Part shown: piece by piece, positions 13,119 to 27,350 of the stretch
Position numbering within the stretch: position 1 is the stretch's first letter
How the letters are laid out: each line of letters opens with the position of its first letter
Source of the DNA: Octopus sinensis
Lineage: Eukaryota
Direction: 5' to 3'
DNA length: 64,000 nucleotides
Assembly: GCF_006345805.1 (NCBI RefSeq)
Contig: NC_042998.1
Location: forward strand, 138,570,001-138,634,000
The notes under the pieces: model-generated
Seen by the model: only the letters and a program-made list of their open reading frames with translations
What the model was told of the DNA's origin: nothing
Database searches by the model: none
Translations under genes and position numbers: made by a program

Positions 13119-14100
13119 TCATGTTCTACGAAGGTATGGGTTGGACAGCTTGACAAGGATCCAATGGGTTCAAAGACTGCGTTGTGATTAAGGAGCTGAT
13201 TTTGACATGATTTTTATAGCTGGATGCCCTTCCTTATGCCAAACACTTTAGAGCATGTACTGGTTGCTTTTCTTGTGCTGCCTGCACTATGGAGGTCACC
13301 ATGCACCTTGCAAGCCTAGAAAATTCAAAGGGAGGGACTTTGTGGCTACTCACAATTTAGGAGGGAGTTAGAAATAAATCAGTAGTAGCTGTGAAGAGAT
13401 AAATAGCAGTGATGAGGTGTCCAGATGGCACCTCAAGGTACAAGGTGAGTAGAAGTGAAGATGGAGAAGCTAGGAGTGTAGGGGTGCAAGGAAATGGGAG
13501 ATGGGAGGCAGGCATCGTCTGTAAGGATTCAGTAAGATTGAAGGATAGATGCAGGGGAGAGGATTGCTAATGGTGCCTTGATGCAGGTATGAGTGTGTGG
13601 TTAAGGAGTTTGTTTCCTAAACGCATAGTTATTCTATTCAGTCCTACTGTGTGAAAATTTGGACAAATATTATCTACTATAAGCCCTATACCAACCAAAG
13701 CTTTGCACATGGATTTGGTAGATGGAAATTGAAAGAAGCCTGTCACAAAAAGAGATTCTGTGTCTCCTCATCTTGATATTACATGATAGTTCTAGACAAC
13801 TGACACAGTTGGACAAATGGTGTCCTTTCATGAAACATGTCCAGCCACAGAAATTTGTTTCAATAAATACCATCTGACCCATTCAAGCACAAAAAAGTGA
13901 ACATTAAAAAAAAATGATAACGATTGTTAAGTGGTTGGTATTAGAGAGAACATCTAGCCTTGGAAACCATGACAAAGTAGACACTGGAGCATGAAGCAAT
14001 CTTTGGACCAGATCCTATCAAACAGTTCAACCTATTCTAGTAAGGAACATGGATGTTAAAGAAAGACAATGATACAGTTCTATATTTAAGAGATAAGGAA

Positions 14101-14895
14101 TTATGTACATTATTTACATTAGACAGATATTTGTCCTCATTTTGTTTGTTGTTATCACGTTTTAGCTGATATACCCTCATCAGGTGTCTAGGGGAAATTT
14201 TCGAACCTGGGTTCTCATTCCTAAAGTATTTTTCAGTGTTGTTATTATAATTGTTATTTATTATTATTCAGGTCACTGCCTGGAATTCAACTCAGAATCT
14301 TGGGGTTAGTAGCCAGTGCTCTTAACCACTATGCCATATGCCCATGGGCAATTATGGAATGAATTTTGGGGCTTATAAATCTAATATTCTCCTATCCTTC
14401 CTTAATACCGATTCCTATATGCTGTTCATATCTGCACTCGGTCTGCTTAGAAGGTTGTTGTGTTCAAGCATATGTGCTGCGACTTTTAGTTTTCATATTT
14501 TCCAGTGGTGTTCTCTGTCTATTATTCTAACTTCATCCCACAGGGGTGGGTAGTCTCCATTTTTCCATACATGATCAGCTACACCCGGTTTATCAATATC
14601 TCCCCATGTCGCAGCTTTGTGATGTTCCTCTACCCTTATTTTGAGAGGGCAGCATGTTTCGCCTTTGTATAACCTACCACAGCTGTATGGGATGGAATGC
14701 ATGCAGCTTTTAGTCATATTCTCTTCTATTGGCGGTTTTACTCGAAGAAGATATTTATGAATACTTTAGGAATGAGAACCCAGGTTCAAAATTTCCCCAA
14801 GACACCTGATGAAGGCTGGAGGGTATATCAGCCTAAACGTTGTGTTAACAACAAACAAGATGAGGACAAATATCCGTCAATTGTAAATAATGTAA
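14101..14895 (-). mobile_element. Penelope-like element remnant: GIY-YIG endonuclease flanked by inverted pseudo-LTRs
   Basis: SIPYSCGRLYKGETCCPLKIRVEEH...VADHVW...WDEVRIIDRE is a PLE GIY-YIG sequence. 14105-14228 is the reverse complement of about 14757-14890. Confidence 0.85.
14806..14845 (+). ncRNA. Mutated minimal hammerhead ribozyme in the PLE pseudo-LTR
   Basis: CTGATGA-A-GGCTG-gagggtatat-CAGCC-TAAA-C: the catalytic box and a perfect stem II are present, but the conserved GAAA reads TAAA. Confidence 0.6.
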
Positions 14896-14932
14896 ATAAA
14901 GACAATGATGACTGATATATATGTATGCGTGT

Positions 14933-15004
<72 letters not shown>

Positions 15005-16027
15005 TGTATACATACAGAGACTTATAAACAGCTTGCTTCTGCAAATGACGTCAATTGAAAGCTCCACATACCAAACCCCAGTAAGTTTCAGGGTTAATCA
15101 GAAAAACTGTGTAATGTTTCAGGGTGTTTTGCTTACAGTTTTACCAGTCCCCATCACTGAAGTGAGGCCCCCACCTACTGGATTGACTAATTAGTATTCA
15201 ATCTTAAGTCCTTCGCCTTAGGATCATCAGTACCAATCAAATTGTAAAATCATACAAATAGTCAACGTTTGCTAGAGTGTTGGATAGAATACTGCACAAT
15301 ATTTATTATAAATTTCTGAGCTTTGGGTTCAAATCCAGCTGAGATCAACTTTTGCCTTTCATCCTTTCTCTCAGGTTCAAAAAAAAGTAGCAATCCAGAA
15401 TACTGGATTGTCAGACTTGTCAGAGCATCAAACAAGATGCTATGCCTTTTCATTCATGCAGAACTGTGTTTGTATACCAGCATTTCAGGAGATGGTTCAA
15501 ATTGAGGTACATAAAAACATGCAAATAAATACGCAAATATAGAACAAATAACAAAACTTTAGCATATTTTTTTATATATTTTCTAACAAATTATTTTTCA
15601 TTTTTTCATTCATCATCATTTTCATCACCCTCATTTTAGTATCCACTTTTCCATGCTATTGAGGTTTATTTTCTGCAACTAGATGTTCTTCCTGATGCGT
15701 CACCCCACCAGTTTCCAAGCAAGGTAATATTTTCTATAGCCAAGCATATGCTTCCACAGAGGACTGGAAAAAAAAACACAGCACTTCAGGAACAGTGATG
15801 GCCATTTACAACCATCACATAATGTCAAGACAAGAGTGTACACCCCCCCCCACACACACACACACACAATGAGCTTTTTTCAGATTCTGTCATCTACCAA
15901 ACCCCAGAGCTATAGCAGAAGACACTTACCCAAGGGGCTGTGCAATAGGGCTGAACCCAAGACCATATAATTGGGAGGAAAACCTTCTTAACTATGTACT
16001 AATTTCAATAATTACTTTAAATGAATT

Positions 16028-18490
16028 ATTTTTCAATAACTTTTATCAAGTGCTTTTTTTTTAAGAATGTAAAAAGTATCAGAATAAATTGCATTGTTTA
16101 TAGCCTTCTCTTTGGAAAGGTATATTTCTATACATTCAGCTTGGAACAGACAATCAGCCTGACAGACCGACAGAGACATAGACAAACAGACATTCAGGTA
16201 GACAACACAGGCAATCATTTATATATTTTAATCCCTTCGTTACTATAATTCTGTTGAAATACACTGCCTGTATCTCAATCAGTTTTGAAAATAATGAAGA
16301 GTTTGGTAAAATTAAAAAACTTTATTATTATTTTGTGTTTGGCAGGTGTTAAGAAGGGTATCCAGCTGTAGAAATCATGCCAGAACAGACATTGGATTGA
16401 AGCTTGGTGCAGTCTCCTGGCTCACCACCCACTGGCAAAGCATCCAACCCATGCCAGCATGGAAAATGAGTGTTAAATTATTATTATTATTATTATTATT
16501 ATTATTGTTGTTGTTGTTGTTATCATTATTTTGATGATGGTGATGTTTGGAACACAACTAATACAAAATGTCGAAGGAAATTTTGAATTTAGATTATTTT
16601 AAAACAAGTTGGTGTCATACAACCAGAGGTACACTTAGCTTGATATGAAATAGTTTAAGATAAATATTTCTTTGGATTACAAGACCTAATATAATTGCTA
16701 AACTCCAGAAGAAGGTAAATGTCCTGATCACAGTTCCATTAATAGAGTAGCCAAAAAACAGGTCGGGTAAACAGTACATATTTCACAATCAGTTAAAATT
16801 CATAACAGTTGAATCATTGACTTAGCCCCCTGAACTAAGTACCCTGATAATAAAATACGTCAAGTGCAAATCACTTTCAGATATCTACTGACAGTTTCTG
16901 CTTTACCCACACATATTAGGAGTAGAGTGGTCTTCTATTGAAGTTACATTAATCACATCAATAATCTAACTGTAAGTCAGATGACATGCAAATATTTCAC
17001 ATACTTAGAAATGCCTTAAATCTTTACCGTCATGTTTGATATGATGCAAGAAGATATTGGAATTAGCTCATGCATGACAATCACTCCCACACCAATGTTT
17101 TCAATGTCACTTAGCAGGGAAAGTACTCAGTCCAAAATATCTTAAACAACTCAGAATATGTGTCAGTTATCACATCTCCAAAATATATCTCAGTGTGATA
17201 AACATGTTGAATGACATTTAAAATTAACTGTCATCTGACAAAGCAGTAATTCAAATTTTTCAATAACTTTTATCAAGTGCTTTTTTTTTAAGAATGTAAA
17301 AAGTATCAGAATAAATTGCATTGTTTATAGCCTTCTCTTTGGAAAGGTATATTTCTATACATTCAGCTTGGAACAGACAATCAGCCTGACAGACCGACAG
17401 AGACATAGACAAACAGACATTCAGGTAGACAACACAGGCAATCATTTATATATTTTAATCCCTTCGTTACTATAATTCTGTTGAAATACACTGCTTGTAT
17501 CTCAATCAGTTTTGAAAATAATGAAGAGTTTGGTAAAATTAAAAAACTTTATTATTATTTTGTGTTTGGCAGGTGTTAAGAAGGGTATCCAGCTGTAGAA
17601 ATCATGCCAGAACAGACATTGGATTGAAGCTTGGTGCAGTCTCCTGGCTCACCACCCACTGGCAAAGCATCCAACCCATGCCAGCATGGAAAATGAGTGT
17701 TAAATTATTATTATTATTATTATTATTGTTGTTGTTGTTGTTGTTGTTGTTATCATTATTTTGATGATGGTGATGTTTGGAACACAACTAATACAAAATG
17801 TCGAAGGAAATTTTGAATTTAGATTATTTTAAAACAAGTTGGTGTCATACAACCAGAGGTACACTTAGCTTGATATGAAATAGTTTAAGATAAATATTTC
17901 TTTGGATTACAAGACCTAATATAATTGCTAAACTCCAGAAGAAGGTAAATGTCCTGATCACAGTTCCATTAATAGAGTAGCCAAAAAACAGGTCGGGTAA
18001 ACAGTACATATTTCACAATCAGTTAAAATTTATAACAGTTGAATCATTGACTTAGCCCCCTGAACTAAGTACCCTGATAATAAAATACGTCAAGTGCAAA
18101 TCACTTTCAGATATCTACTGACAGTTTCTGCTTTACCCACACATATTAGGAGTAGAGTGGTCTTCTATTGAAGTTACATTAATCACATCAATAATCTAAC
18201 TGTAAGTCAGATGACATGCAAATATTTCACATACTTAGAAATGCCTTAAATCTTTACCGTCATGTTTGATATGATGCAAGAAGATATTGGAATTAGCTCA
18301 TGCATGACAATCACTCCCACACCAATGTTTTCAATGTCACTTAGCAGGGAAAGTACTCAGTCCAAAATATCTTAAACAACTCAGAATATGTGTCAGTTAT
18401 CACATCTCCAAAATATATCTCAGTGTGATAAACATGTTGAATGACATTTAAAATTAACTGTCATCTGACAAAGCAGTAATTCAAATTTTT
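16028..18490. repeat. Near-perfect 1.23-kb direct tandem duplication
   Basis: Offset 1227 before and 1230 after an internal (TTA)n(TTG)n tract. Only two substitutions were noticed, plus the microsatellite change. A 6-bp ATTTTT microhomology sits at the junction (17255-17260). Confidence 0.95.
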
Positions 18491-20559
18491 ATATCACTAA
18501 AGTATAAATATATAAAATATAATTATTCATTAAATTTGTAACAAAATGTAAAGAAGGTACAGTTTTGGAATAAACAACAACCCTTTCTCCCTCCCACTGA
18601 AACTCTTTCTTAATTTATCTTTACTTCTTTACCCCACCCCCACCCCCAGCATTTGACGGAGTCTATTTTCTGTACATTTTTAGTTTTTATCATACCAGCG
18701 CACCTTCCACACAAAACCTATTTTCTCGGTTAACCTTACTCTGATATCACTGCACCTCTTATGTGTCCATAGATTGCACCGGGTACATCTTACGCAATTT
18801 CTGCCTACACATTTATCATCATATGTATACACACACACACATTATGGACAACATTCAAAGAATAGCCATATGCTTTAATTGCGAAATTGTACTCTCTCTT
18901 CTCCTGTGTCTATTATTAAGGATATTATGAGGAAATTGGGGAGACTTATTTGCATATTATTAATTGGACTAGCTGTCAAGAATGCATTATATGAAATCCC
19001 AATTCAGATTGAAACTGATGCAATTGAATCCTCCTTTCTGTCCACAAAAATATTGTATATGATGACAGGATGTTTTCAACTGTCCGTTACATGTGGCACA
19101 AGGCCACAAATTTAGGGGTTTGGTTATAGTCAATCACATTAATCATAGCACTGGACTGATATTTTATTTTGTTGGCTGCAGAAGGATTAAAAACATAGTT
19201 AACCTTGGCACTTATTGAATTTTTAATGCTTTGTTACTTCCTTGTTTAATGTAATACTACTTTTATTTGTTTGTTTGTATGTGGTGTATATGTATGTGGA
19301 GAGTTATGTATATATGTACACACACAAACACACATGTATGTATGTATGACTGTATATCTGTATCAGCAAGATAATCACTTTGTCTCTTAGAGACAGTGTT
19401 TTGAGATAACGATTTATCTAACAAGAGAGAACTTGTTTGAGTATTGAACTGAATTATTTAATTGCAAAGTGTATGTGTGGGAGTGTGTGTGCGTGTAATA
19501 TGTGTGGGAGTCTCTGTGTAATTGTGCAACATTTCTAATTTTCTAATGTTTAGTTTGCAATATTTATTATTTTGCGTATCATTTATGAATGATTGGCATG
19601 AAAATGTACCTGGAAACTGAAACCTGTCAGCAGATCTGGCTTAAGAGCTCATCATTACTTTACAGAACTTGGCCTTGAATACTATATTTAATATTGATTT
19701 CTTACATCGATGCACAAGGCTTATTAATTTTGTAACTGAAGTAATAGAGTTAACTTAATCAACCTAGCATTTTACTTGTGTTCATCGACCTAAACAAAAT
19801 TCACATCAGTTTGTTGAGATGAGATTAAATACTATAAGGTATTTAGTCTTGTTTTGCCCATCTCAGTTAATTATGGTATGTGTGTGGGTCTCTTTATATT
19901 TAACCACACAAGCATGACTGCATGGTTAAGAAGTTTGCTTCCCAACCACATGCTTTCAGGTTCAGTCCTACAGCCTAACACCTTTGGCAAGTATTTTTTA
20001 GCATAACCCTGGACTGATCAAAGCTTTGTAAGTGAATTTGGTAGATGGAAACTGAAAGAGAGAGAGAGAGAGTGTGCATGTGTGTGTTAGAACAATGGTT
20101 CCTTGACGGTGTCATTTGATTGCAATCCATCACAAAGGTATGTCTGGGCTTGTCATGTCTTGTGATATGTTACACAATATTTTTAAACAAATAGCTCACA
20201 CTAGTTGTTACAGTGCACTTGGAATGATTCTGGATAAAAATTCACTCTGAAATCACACATTTGAAGGAGGATAAGACTTTCTTCAGAGCTGAAGGTTGGT
20301 TTTGACTGTTATTTTGCACAGATGAAAGATACAGCTACCCATTTCTAGCATCATAATGTCACAGCTTAAAGAGGTCAGGATTGCAGTGGTAAAAGCTATG
20401 AGCTGCGACATCTGCCCCCTTTGATCTTTTACTTGTTGTTATTGGCAGTGGTGATTAGTCAGGTCACTATTGTTGAGGTGAGTTTTTGCTGGCTGTCCTT
20501 TTTCCTAAGTTGAACATAATCAAATGTCAAAAAGATGAACAACGGCTGTCACCAATTTC

Positions 20560-20900
20560 ATGATTTTTTTTTTATTGGCCTTTTCTTAAGTTGAGGGTCA
20601 CCAATGTCACTGGTGTGAAGATGAACAGTGTCACCAATATTGCTGAGATTGTATGAGCTGGTCAGTAAAAGATATTAATAATTGCTGACTGGGAAAGAGA
20701 GATAAACTGAACTGCATCTGTAAAAGTTACTTATGAGACATTGCATGAATGTTTAGTTCAGTTTGTCGAAGAACCAGGAGTTGTCTGCACAGATGTCCAG
20801 AACTGTCTACAATAGCATGAGTGGAAGCAGGAATCATTCAGCTGCCTTCTTTTCTATGCAATAAATTGAATGCCAAAACAGTTTTTTTATAGAGGACAAG
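20560..20900 (+). mobile_element. Very degenerate mariner transposase remnant
   Basis: Fragmentary EDEQ...IAEIV.ELVSK...TYETLHECL motifs across frameshifts. Confidence 0.35.
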
Positions 20901-21061
20901 AACATTTAAGAAAATGATATCATGCTGCAGCCACACACTAATTGCGCAATTCATAGATTAATCACAGGAAACTATAGTGGTTCACACGTGGTGTCTGACA
21001 AGTATCTAGCAGTTATGTTTCAAATCACTGCTACAAATGCAAGACTTCAGATTTATTTAAA

Positions 21062-22140
21062 TACTGCTGGTGTACCCAGTAATTCCCAGGGATAAAGATG
21101 TTCAATTGAAACGCCTTATTATTCTGATATATGAAAGCAATTTCGTTATAACTGCCACAAAAGGTGTATTTTCTATCACAAAAAAAGTACAAAAAACTGT
21201 CAGCTGGAGGAGGGAGAGATTGTTCGAGGTTGGCGAGAAAGGTTGTTGGGGCTTAGCGAAGGCATCTGAGAAATGTATAACTGCTGTCATTCACAGAAAA
21301 ACTATTGTTTTACCATGAGAAAAATGCTGTTGAAGTGTTAAGTGAAATTTGGCAATCGATGATCGAATCCATGCTATGCCTCATGAAGCCACTACAAATA
21401 CATTGTGCAAAAGTGTAACTGTAAAAATGCAGAATTATCGGAGTAATGGGCATTCAAAAAAGTATGTATGTACAGAAATGTATGAATGAAGTCTTTAATG
21501 TTTAAGATTCAAATTAAAGAAGTGCAATAATAATGTTTAGCAGTTCAAAACTGAGAGTAGTGAAATGCAGAATTAGGCCAGCTGATCGTGAAAAACAAAT
21601 ATTGATCGCTTCACTAAATCTGCAGGTGGTATGGGTTATTTCTCTTGGGTTTTTTAAATAAAATATTAGTAATATGTAGTAGATAGAAGGATCCACTAGA
21701 AGGGCTCTATTATGGATTTTTTCAACAATGGAAATATGTCACAAGATTTCCAGACATGAGTTCTACTCACATGTCAAATAAAGTATAAAAGTGATTTTAT
21801 CTGCAAAAACTAGAAATAGGACACAAAAAAATCAATATTCAAAGTAATTGAACATACGCAATGAAATGATTATTTCCCTTGAGTGTTTAAAAACCAATAT
21901 TGTACAGGTGCTATGAGCTATTTCCCTTGGGTGTGTAAAAAAATAGTTATGTGAGGTAGAGATAAAGGTCCCTTCCAGTAGCTGTATTATCAATTTTTTC
22001 AACAATCTAAGTATGTCACAAGGTTTCAAGACAGGAGTTCTACTCACGTGTCAAGTTTCATCATAATCAATAAAACAGTGTAGGAGGAGTTAGCTAACAA
22101 CGTCACAAACACTCATCGATTTGTCACATATGTAGTAGAT
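21062..22140 (+). mobile_element. Probable non-autonomous Helitron/Helentron-like (DINE-1/Lep1-type) element
   Basis: 5' CTGCTGGTGTACCCAGTAATTCCCAGGG, internal duplicated blocks (21690-21790 versus 21975-22060) and a 3' ...aagtttcat...gtaggaggagttag...acaaacactc...tagtagat layout. Family assignment is by resemblance only. Confidence 0.4.
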
Positions 22141-24414
22141 TGAGAGAAGAATATGTGATTTTCAACTTGTATAATGAAACGGTTTTATTCAGATGTCAAA
22201 ACCAGATATATTTAATGATTCTGTTTTTTGGTAGGCCATGAATTTAAAGTGGGAATGAGAATATGTGAGGTTCACATGCTTATTAAGTACATTATGTGTA
22301 TATTCATAAAGTGATTTATTTATGTCACATTTCAGTATAGTAAAGTGAGCAAAGGAGTGATGAAACATCTAAATTTAACTCAGGGAAATAGATTGACAAA
22401 GTGCAGGGCTTTGATTTATTTATACACCACCACCATTATCATCATCATCATCAACAACAAATGTCATCTTTACAATGTTTAATATTCTATGGTTGCATGG
22501 TTTGGATGGAGTTTGTTGGGGCAAGTTCTCTACAGCTGGATGTCTTTCCTGTTGTCGACCCTTGCCTGTTTTCAAGTATCCTAATGGCCTGACATGTTTT
22601 CATGAAAGATTGGACATGAAAGAGTTTGTAGGAGATGAAGATTTTAGTTGTCATGAAAAGTGATAAAAATCTGACGTTTTGGCCACAGATTTGTTCACAG
22701 AGTAGTCAAGTAATGGTCAGATATAATAGTATCCTACAGGTGTGGAACCAAAGGCCTTCTAAAAGAAGTAAAACTTATGAGGGGAAAAAAATTATTAAAC
22801 TGGAATATTTTTTCATAAATTTCATTTTAATTAAAGCTTATTTTTTTCAAATAATTTGCAAATTTTAGAAACCCCCATTTGTATTTCTCTATCTACACTT
22901 TGTGGTATTTATTTAATTCTTTCCTTACTGTATTTCTGTTGAAATACAGTGTTTTTGTTTCAATTAATTTTGTAAGTAATTAAGAATTTTGAAAAATAAT
23001 TTTGTCATTATTACGCTGGTGTTGGGAACAAATTAACATAGAATTTTTAGGGTAGGTTTTAATTCAGATCCCTTTAAAAGACAAAGAACCAGGAGTTGGC
23101 TTGGTATCAAAAAGGTTGTAACCACATGATTTTAGGATCAGTCTCACTGTGCAACATCTTGAGCAAGTGTCTTATACTATAACCCTGGCTGATCAATGTC
23201 TTGTAAATGAATTTGATAGACAGAAACTGTGTGGAAGCCTGTTATATCTATCTGTGTGTATGTGTGTGTTTGTTTCTTTGTTTCTTCAGGCATTCCACTG
23301 AACTTGTCATCAATAATCGATTGGTAAGGCATATTTTGCATGAAAACCTGCATTTCCACCCATAAAAATTGGTCATTGGGCAACAGCTAAAACTATGGGA
23401 CTATGCAGCAGAATAATGCTGGAGAGAGAGGAGTCCAACTTCCAAGAACGTCTTTAGAAATGCATCAATGAACATGGACACTGCATGATGGATGTTGCTA
23501 ATTCAGTATGAACACATCACATTGTTGTCAATAAAATTTGTTTGCAACTAAAATTCATGATTTTGTGAATTTTTCAAAAATGTTCATCCTCTCTACCCCC
23601 ACCCCTGTATATATATATATAATATATGGCACGTAAAAAGCACCCACTACACTCATGGAGTGGTTGGCATTAGGAAGGGCATCCACCTGTAGAAACACTG
23701 CCAGATCAGACTGGAGCCTGGTGCAGCCTCCTGGCTTCCCAGACCCCGGTCGAACCGTCCAACCCATGCTAGCACAGAAAATGGACATTAAACGATGATG
23801 ATGATGATGATGATGTGTGTGTCTTTATGTTTGTGTTTATCCCCACCCCATCACCGCTTGACAACCAGTCTTAGTGTGTGTATGTCCCCATAACTTAGCA
23901 GTTCAGGAAAAGAGACGAAAAGAATAAGTACTAGACTTAAAAAATAAGTCCCGGGGTTGATTTTACTTGATTAAAACTCTTCAAGATGGTGTTCCAGCAT
24001 GGCCGCAGTCAAATGACTAAAACAAGTAAAAGAATATATATATTTATATGTGTGTGTATTTTTGTGCCTGTGTTTGTTTCCTCACCACTTGATAACTGGA
24101 GTTGATTTTGTTTACTCAGTGGTTTTATCAAAAGAGACATATAGAATAAGTACCAGACTTAATAAGTATGGGGGGGGGGGCAGTCAATTTGTTCAACTAA
24201 AAACCCTTCAAAGCAATGCCCCTACATGGCTACAGTCCAATAACTGAAATAAGTAAAAGGTAAAAGGTGCAGCTTGCAAATTCAGAGAAGCAGAAATTTT
24301 TGTAGACTATATAGAAGCAATGGAGATATTGTAGACTATTTGAGGCTGTTGCATATTTTTGAAAATTTCTTTTTCTTCAGATTGGCTTTTCTTATATATG
24401 CGTGTGTGTATATA

Positions 24415-24452
<38 letters not shown>

Positions 24453-24954
24453 CATATGTGTGTGTGTGTGTATGTATGTATATATATATATATATATATA
24501 CCACACACACACACAATGGGCTTCTTTCAGTTTCTGTCAACCAAATATACTCACAAGGCACTTTAGTTGGATGAACCTACAGTAGAAGATATTTGCTCAA
24601 GGTGCCATGCAGAGGAACAGAACCTGAAACCATGTAGTTGGGAACCAAACTTAATGACACATTGCACTATTGAAAAAGACTAGGTTGTCATGTGTCTCAT
24701 AGTAAATGATTTCCAGGTCTCTCTGTTCAGGGAGAAGTGCATGTCTCACATAAAATATCTAGTTAAGGAGAGTGAAGGTGGTTGGTGAATAATGCGGAGA
24801 AAGAAAAACGTGAGGTGGTGGGAATCTTGGAGTATATCAAAATTTGTTAGAATATGGATCTCATAAGGACCTTAACAGTGCAAACAGCAACAAAGCAATT
24901 TTAACATTCAATCGTCCATTTATAAAATATGAAATAAGAAGTAGAAAAAAATTT

Positions 24955-25337
24955 GTGGCTGTGTAGTAAGAAGCTTGCTTTCCAACCACATGGCTCCAGG
25001 TTCAATCCCTTGGGCAAGTGTTTTCTTCTATAGCTTCATGCTGACCAACGCCTTGTGAGTGGATTTGGTAGAGAGAAACTGAAAGAAGCCCATTGTATAT
25101 ATATATGTATATATCTATGTGTGTGTCTGTGTTTGTCCCCCATCACCACTTGACAATTGATGTTGGTGTGTTTATGTCCTCATAACTTAGCGGTTCAGCA
25201 AAAGAAACAGCTAGAATAAGTACTACACTTTAAAAAAAAAGGACTGGGATCGATTTGTTTGACTAAAACCCCACTCAAGACGGTGCTCCAGCATGGCCAC
25301 AGTCAAGTGACTGAAACAAGTAAAAGAATAAAAGAAT
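24955..25337 (+). mobile_element. Full-length tRNA-derived SINE, family A (internal TA/TG microsatellite, stem-loop 3' tail)
   Basis: A box TGGCTGTGTAGT, B box GGTTCAATCC, core cttgggcaagtg...ggatttggtaga, and tail cagcatggccacagtcaagtgactgaaacaagtaaaagaat. Other copies lie at about 8440-8556, 12165-12290, 13585-13760, 15850-16000, 19900-20060, 23080-23260, 24500-24660, 26223-26520, 39440-39845, 45900-46280, 48061-48480 and 58100-58290. Confidence 0.85.
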
Positions 25338-25412
25338 GAAAGGAAAAGAAATAAAAATGAAAGAAGGAAAGAAGTGGAAAATTGAAAACAAAATGAAGAG
25401 TTAATATATTAA

Positions 25413-25632
25413 CCCTTTAACATTCTGATTACTCTGTCAAATGTAACGCTTATTGATTCACATTCTTTTGAATTAATCAAGCATTATCTTGTAGCTTTGA
25501 GATTCCAATGATGTGATTGTTTCTTTTTAGAGTGACATTGTAGGGTAGGTGTGAGAGGCCAGATTCAGCTATATTGAACGTAAAACAGGTAGAATACATG
25601 GGTAAGGTATAGCCGGTTTAAATGCTAAAGGG
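25413..25632. mobile_element. piggyBac-type MITE (220 bp, TTAA TSDs)
   Basis: TTAA|CCCTTTAACATT ... AATGCTAAAGGG|TTAA. A degenerate second copy lies at about 60295-60490. Confidence 0.85.
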
Positions 25633-27038
25633 TTAACAAAATCGTTGTTTTTAATTTCTTACAATGACATGTGTAAATCTCAAATTTACAAAGAATAAAA
25701 GAGGATTTTGTTTTCCACGTAGTCGGTTCAAGGAAGAGTATGGTTGCAAAACAGAAACAGTGGCAATCAATGCAAGGCAATTGTAAGAAAGATCTAAAAT
25801 GAAAATAACAAAGTAAAAATTCTAAAAAAATCAATTGAAATTTTTTTTTTTCCTTTAATTGCACACTTTAACATAACCTATTTCTGAATACAATCTCTCT
25901 ATTATTGTCCTCTCTCTATTATTGTCGTAAAATGAAAGTTAAAAACTGCAGAAATTATGTAAAACTAGCTGAACCCGTGAAAAATTCATGGAAATCTTTA
26001 AAAAATGTAAGCATCTGTAAATTATGTGCTGGTGCCATGAGAAATGTTTCTATATTGTGACAGTTACAGAATATAGAAAGAAGTGTAAAACTGATAACTA
26101 ATAATCCAACCAAAATATCAGTTACGTAAACATAAACAGAATTACTATCTAGCCCTAAAATGCATCACACATATTCAAAGAACCTTCTTGGTTTAGTGGT
26201 ACGGAACGTTCTTCTGGTATCCTTTTATTCTTTTACTTGTTTCAGTCATTTGACGGCGGCCATGCTGGAGCATTGCCCTTTAGTTGAAGAAATCAACCCC
26301 TGGATTAATTACCTGTAAGCCTGGTGCTTATTCTATCAGACTCTTCTGTCGAACAGCTAAGTTATGGGGATGCAAACACACTAACATCAGTTGTTAAACA
26401 ATGGTGGTGGGGCAACAAACACACACATAAATATATATATATGAATGACTTCCTTCAGTTTCCGTCTACCAAATCCACTCACGAGGCTTTGGTTGTCCTG
26501 AGGCTATAGTAGAAGACACTCTTTAAAGTATACAGCTGAATTTTCTATAGCCACCTGTTGGCAACTTTTCTCCCCCAACCATTTTGTACGCGGTATCACC
26601 CAATTTTCTGGGCTCCTTTCATAGCTATACCCTGTTCAAAATTTGCATTAGATTTTGTTTGGAAGAAAAAAGGAAGCAAGTGGAGTTTATTTGTAGTTTG
26701 TAGAGAAAACATTAAACATGCCTGAAAAAAAAACATGGTGTTTCCCCACCAACTGAAAGACATGAAGAACTATGAAAGGAGAAATAAGTACTGGAAGTGG
26801 GGGAAAGAAGAGGGAACTAACACACAATCATTCTAGAACTCCCAGAATAAAAATGTAAACACCTGAAAGACTTTCCCTCTGTTCATTATTAAATGTCTTT
26901 CCCTCTTCTTCATTGCTAAATGTAAAGAAGCTAGAAAAGATTGATCGTATTTCAGTCTAATTGTCATTGTGCATGCCTGAGGCTTTCCTTTCTCTGTCGC
27001 TTCACTCCTTTTCTCTGCGGTTAAGAGAGTGAAGGTGT

Positions 27039-27350
27039 GTGGCTCAGTAGTTAGGGATATTTGGCCCATGATCATAAAGTCATGAATACAATTCCCTGCA
27101 GCATGCTGTGTTTTTGAGCAAAGTACTCTGCTTCACCTTGGTGCAATCCACTCAGCTGGCAAAAATGAGTTGTAGCTTAATCCAAAGGGGCCAGCCTTGT
27201 CACATTCTGTGTGAGGCTGAATATCTCTGAGAACTACCTTATGGTATGCATGTCTGTAGAATACTCAGCCACTTGTGTGTTAATTTTACAAGCAGACTGT
27301 TCCGTTGGTCAGATAAACAGGAACCTCGTTGACGTAATCAACAGTGTCAA
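27039..27350 (+). mobile_element. Third tRNA-derived SINE family
   Basis: Head GTGGCTCAGTAGTTAGG, then tgagcaaagtac...tccactcagctggcaaaaatgagt core and a distinct 3' body. Confidence 0.55.

Noticed and set aside
24955-25020. tRNA-like A and B boxes at many SINE heads
   Set aside because: There is no complete cloverleaf or acceptor stem, and each continues into a SINE body.
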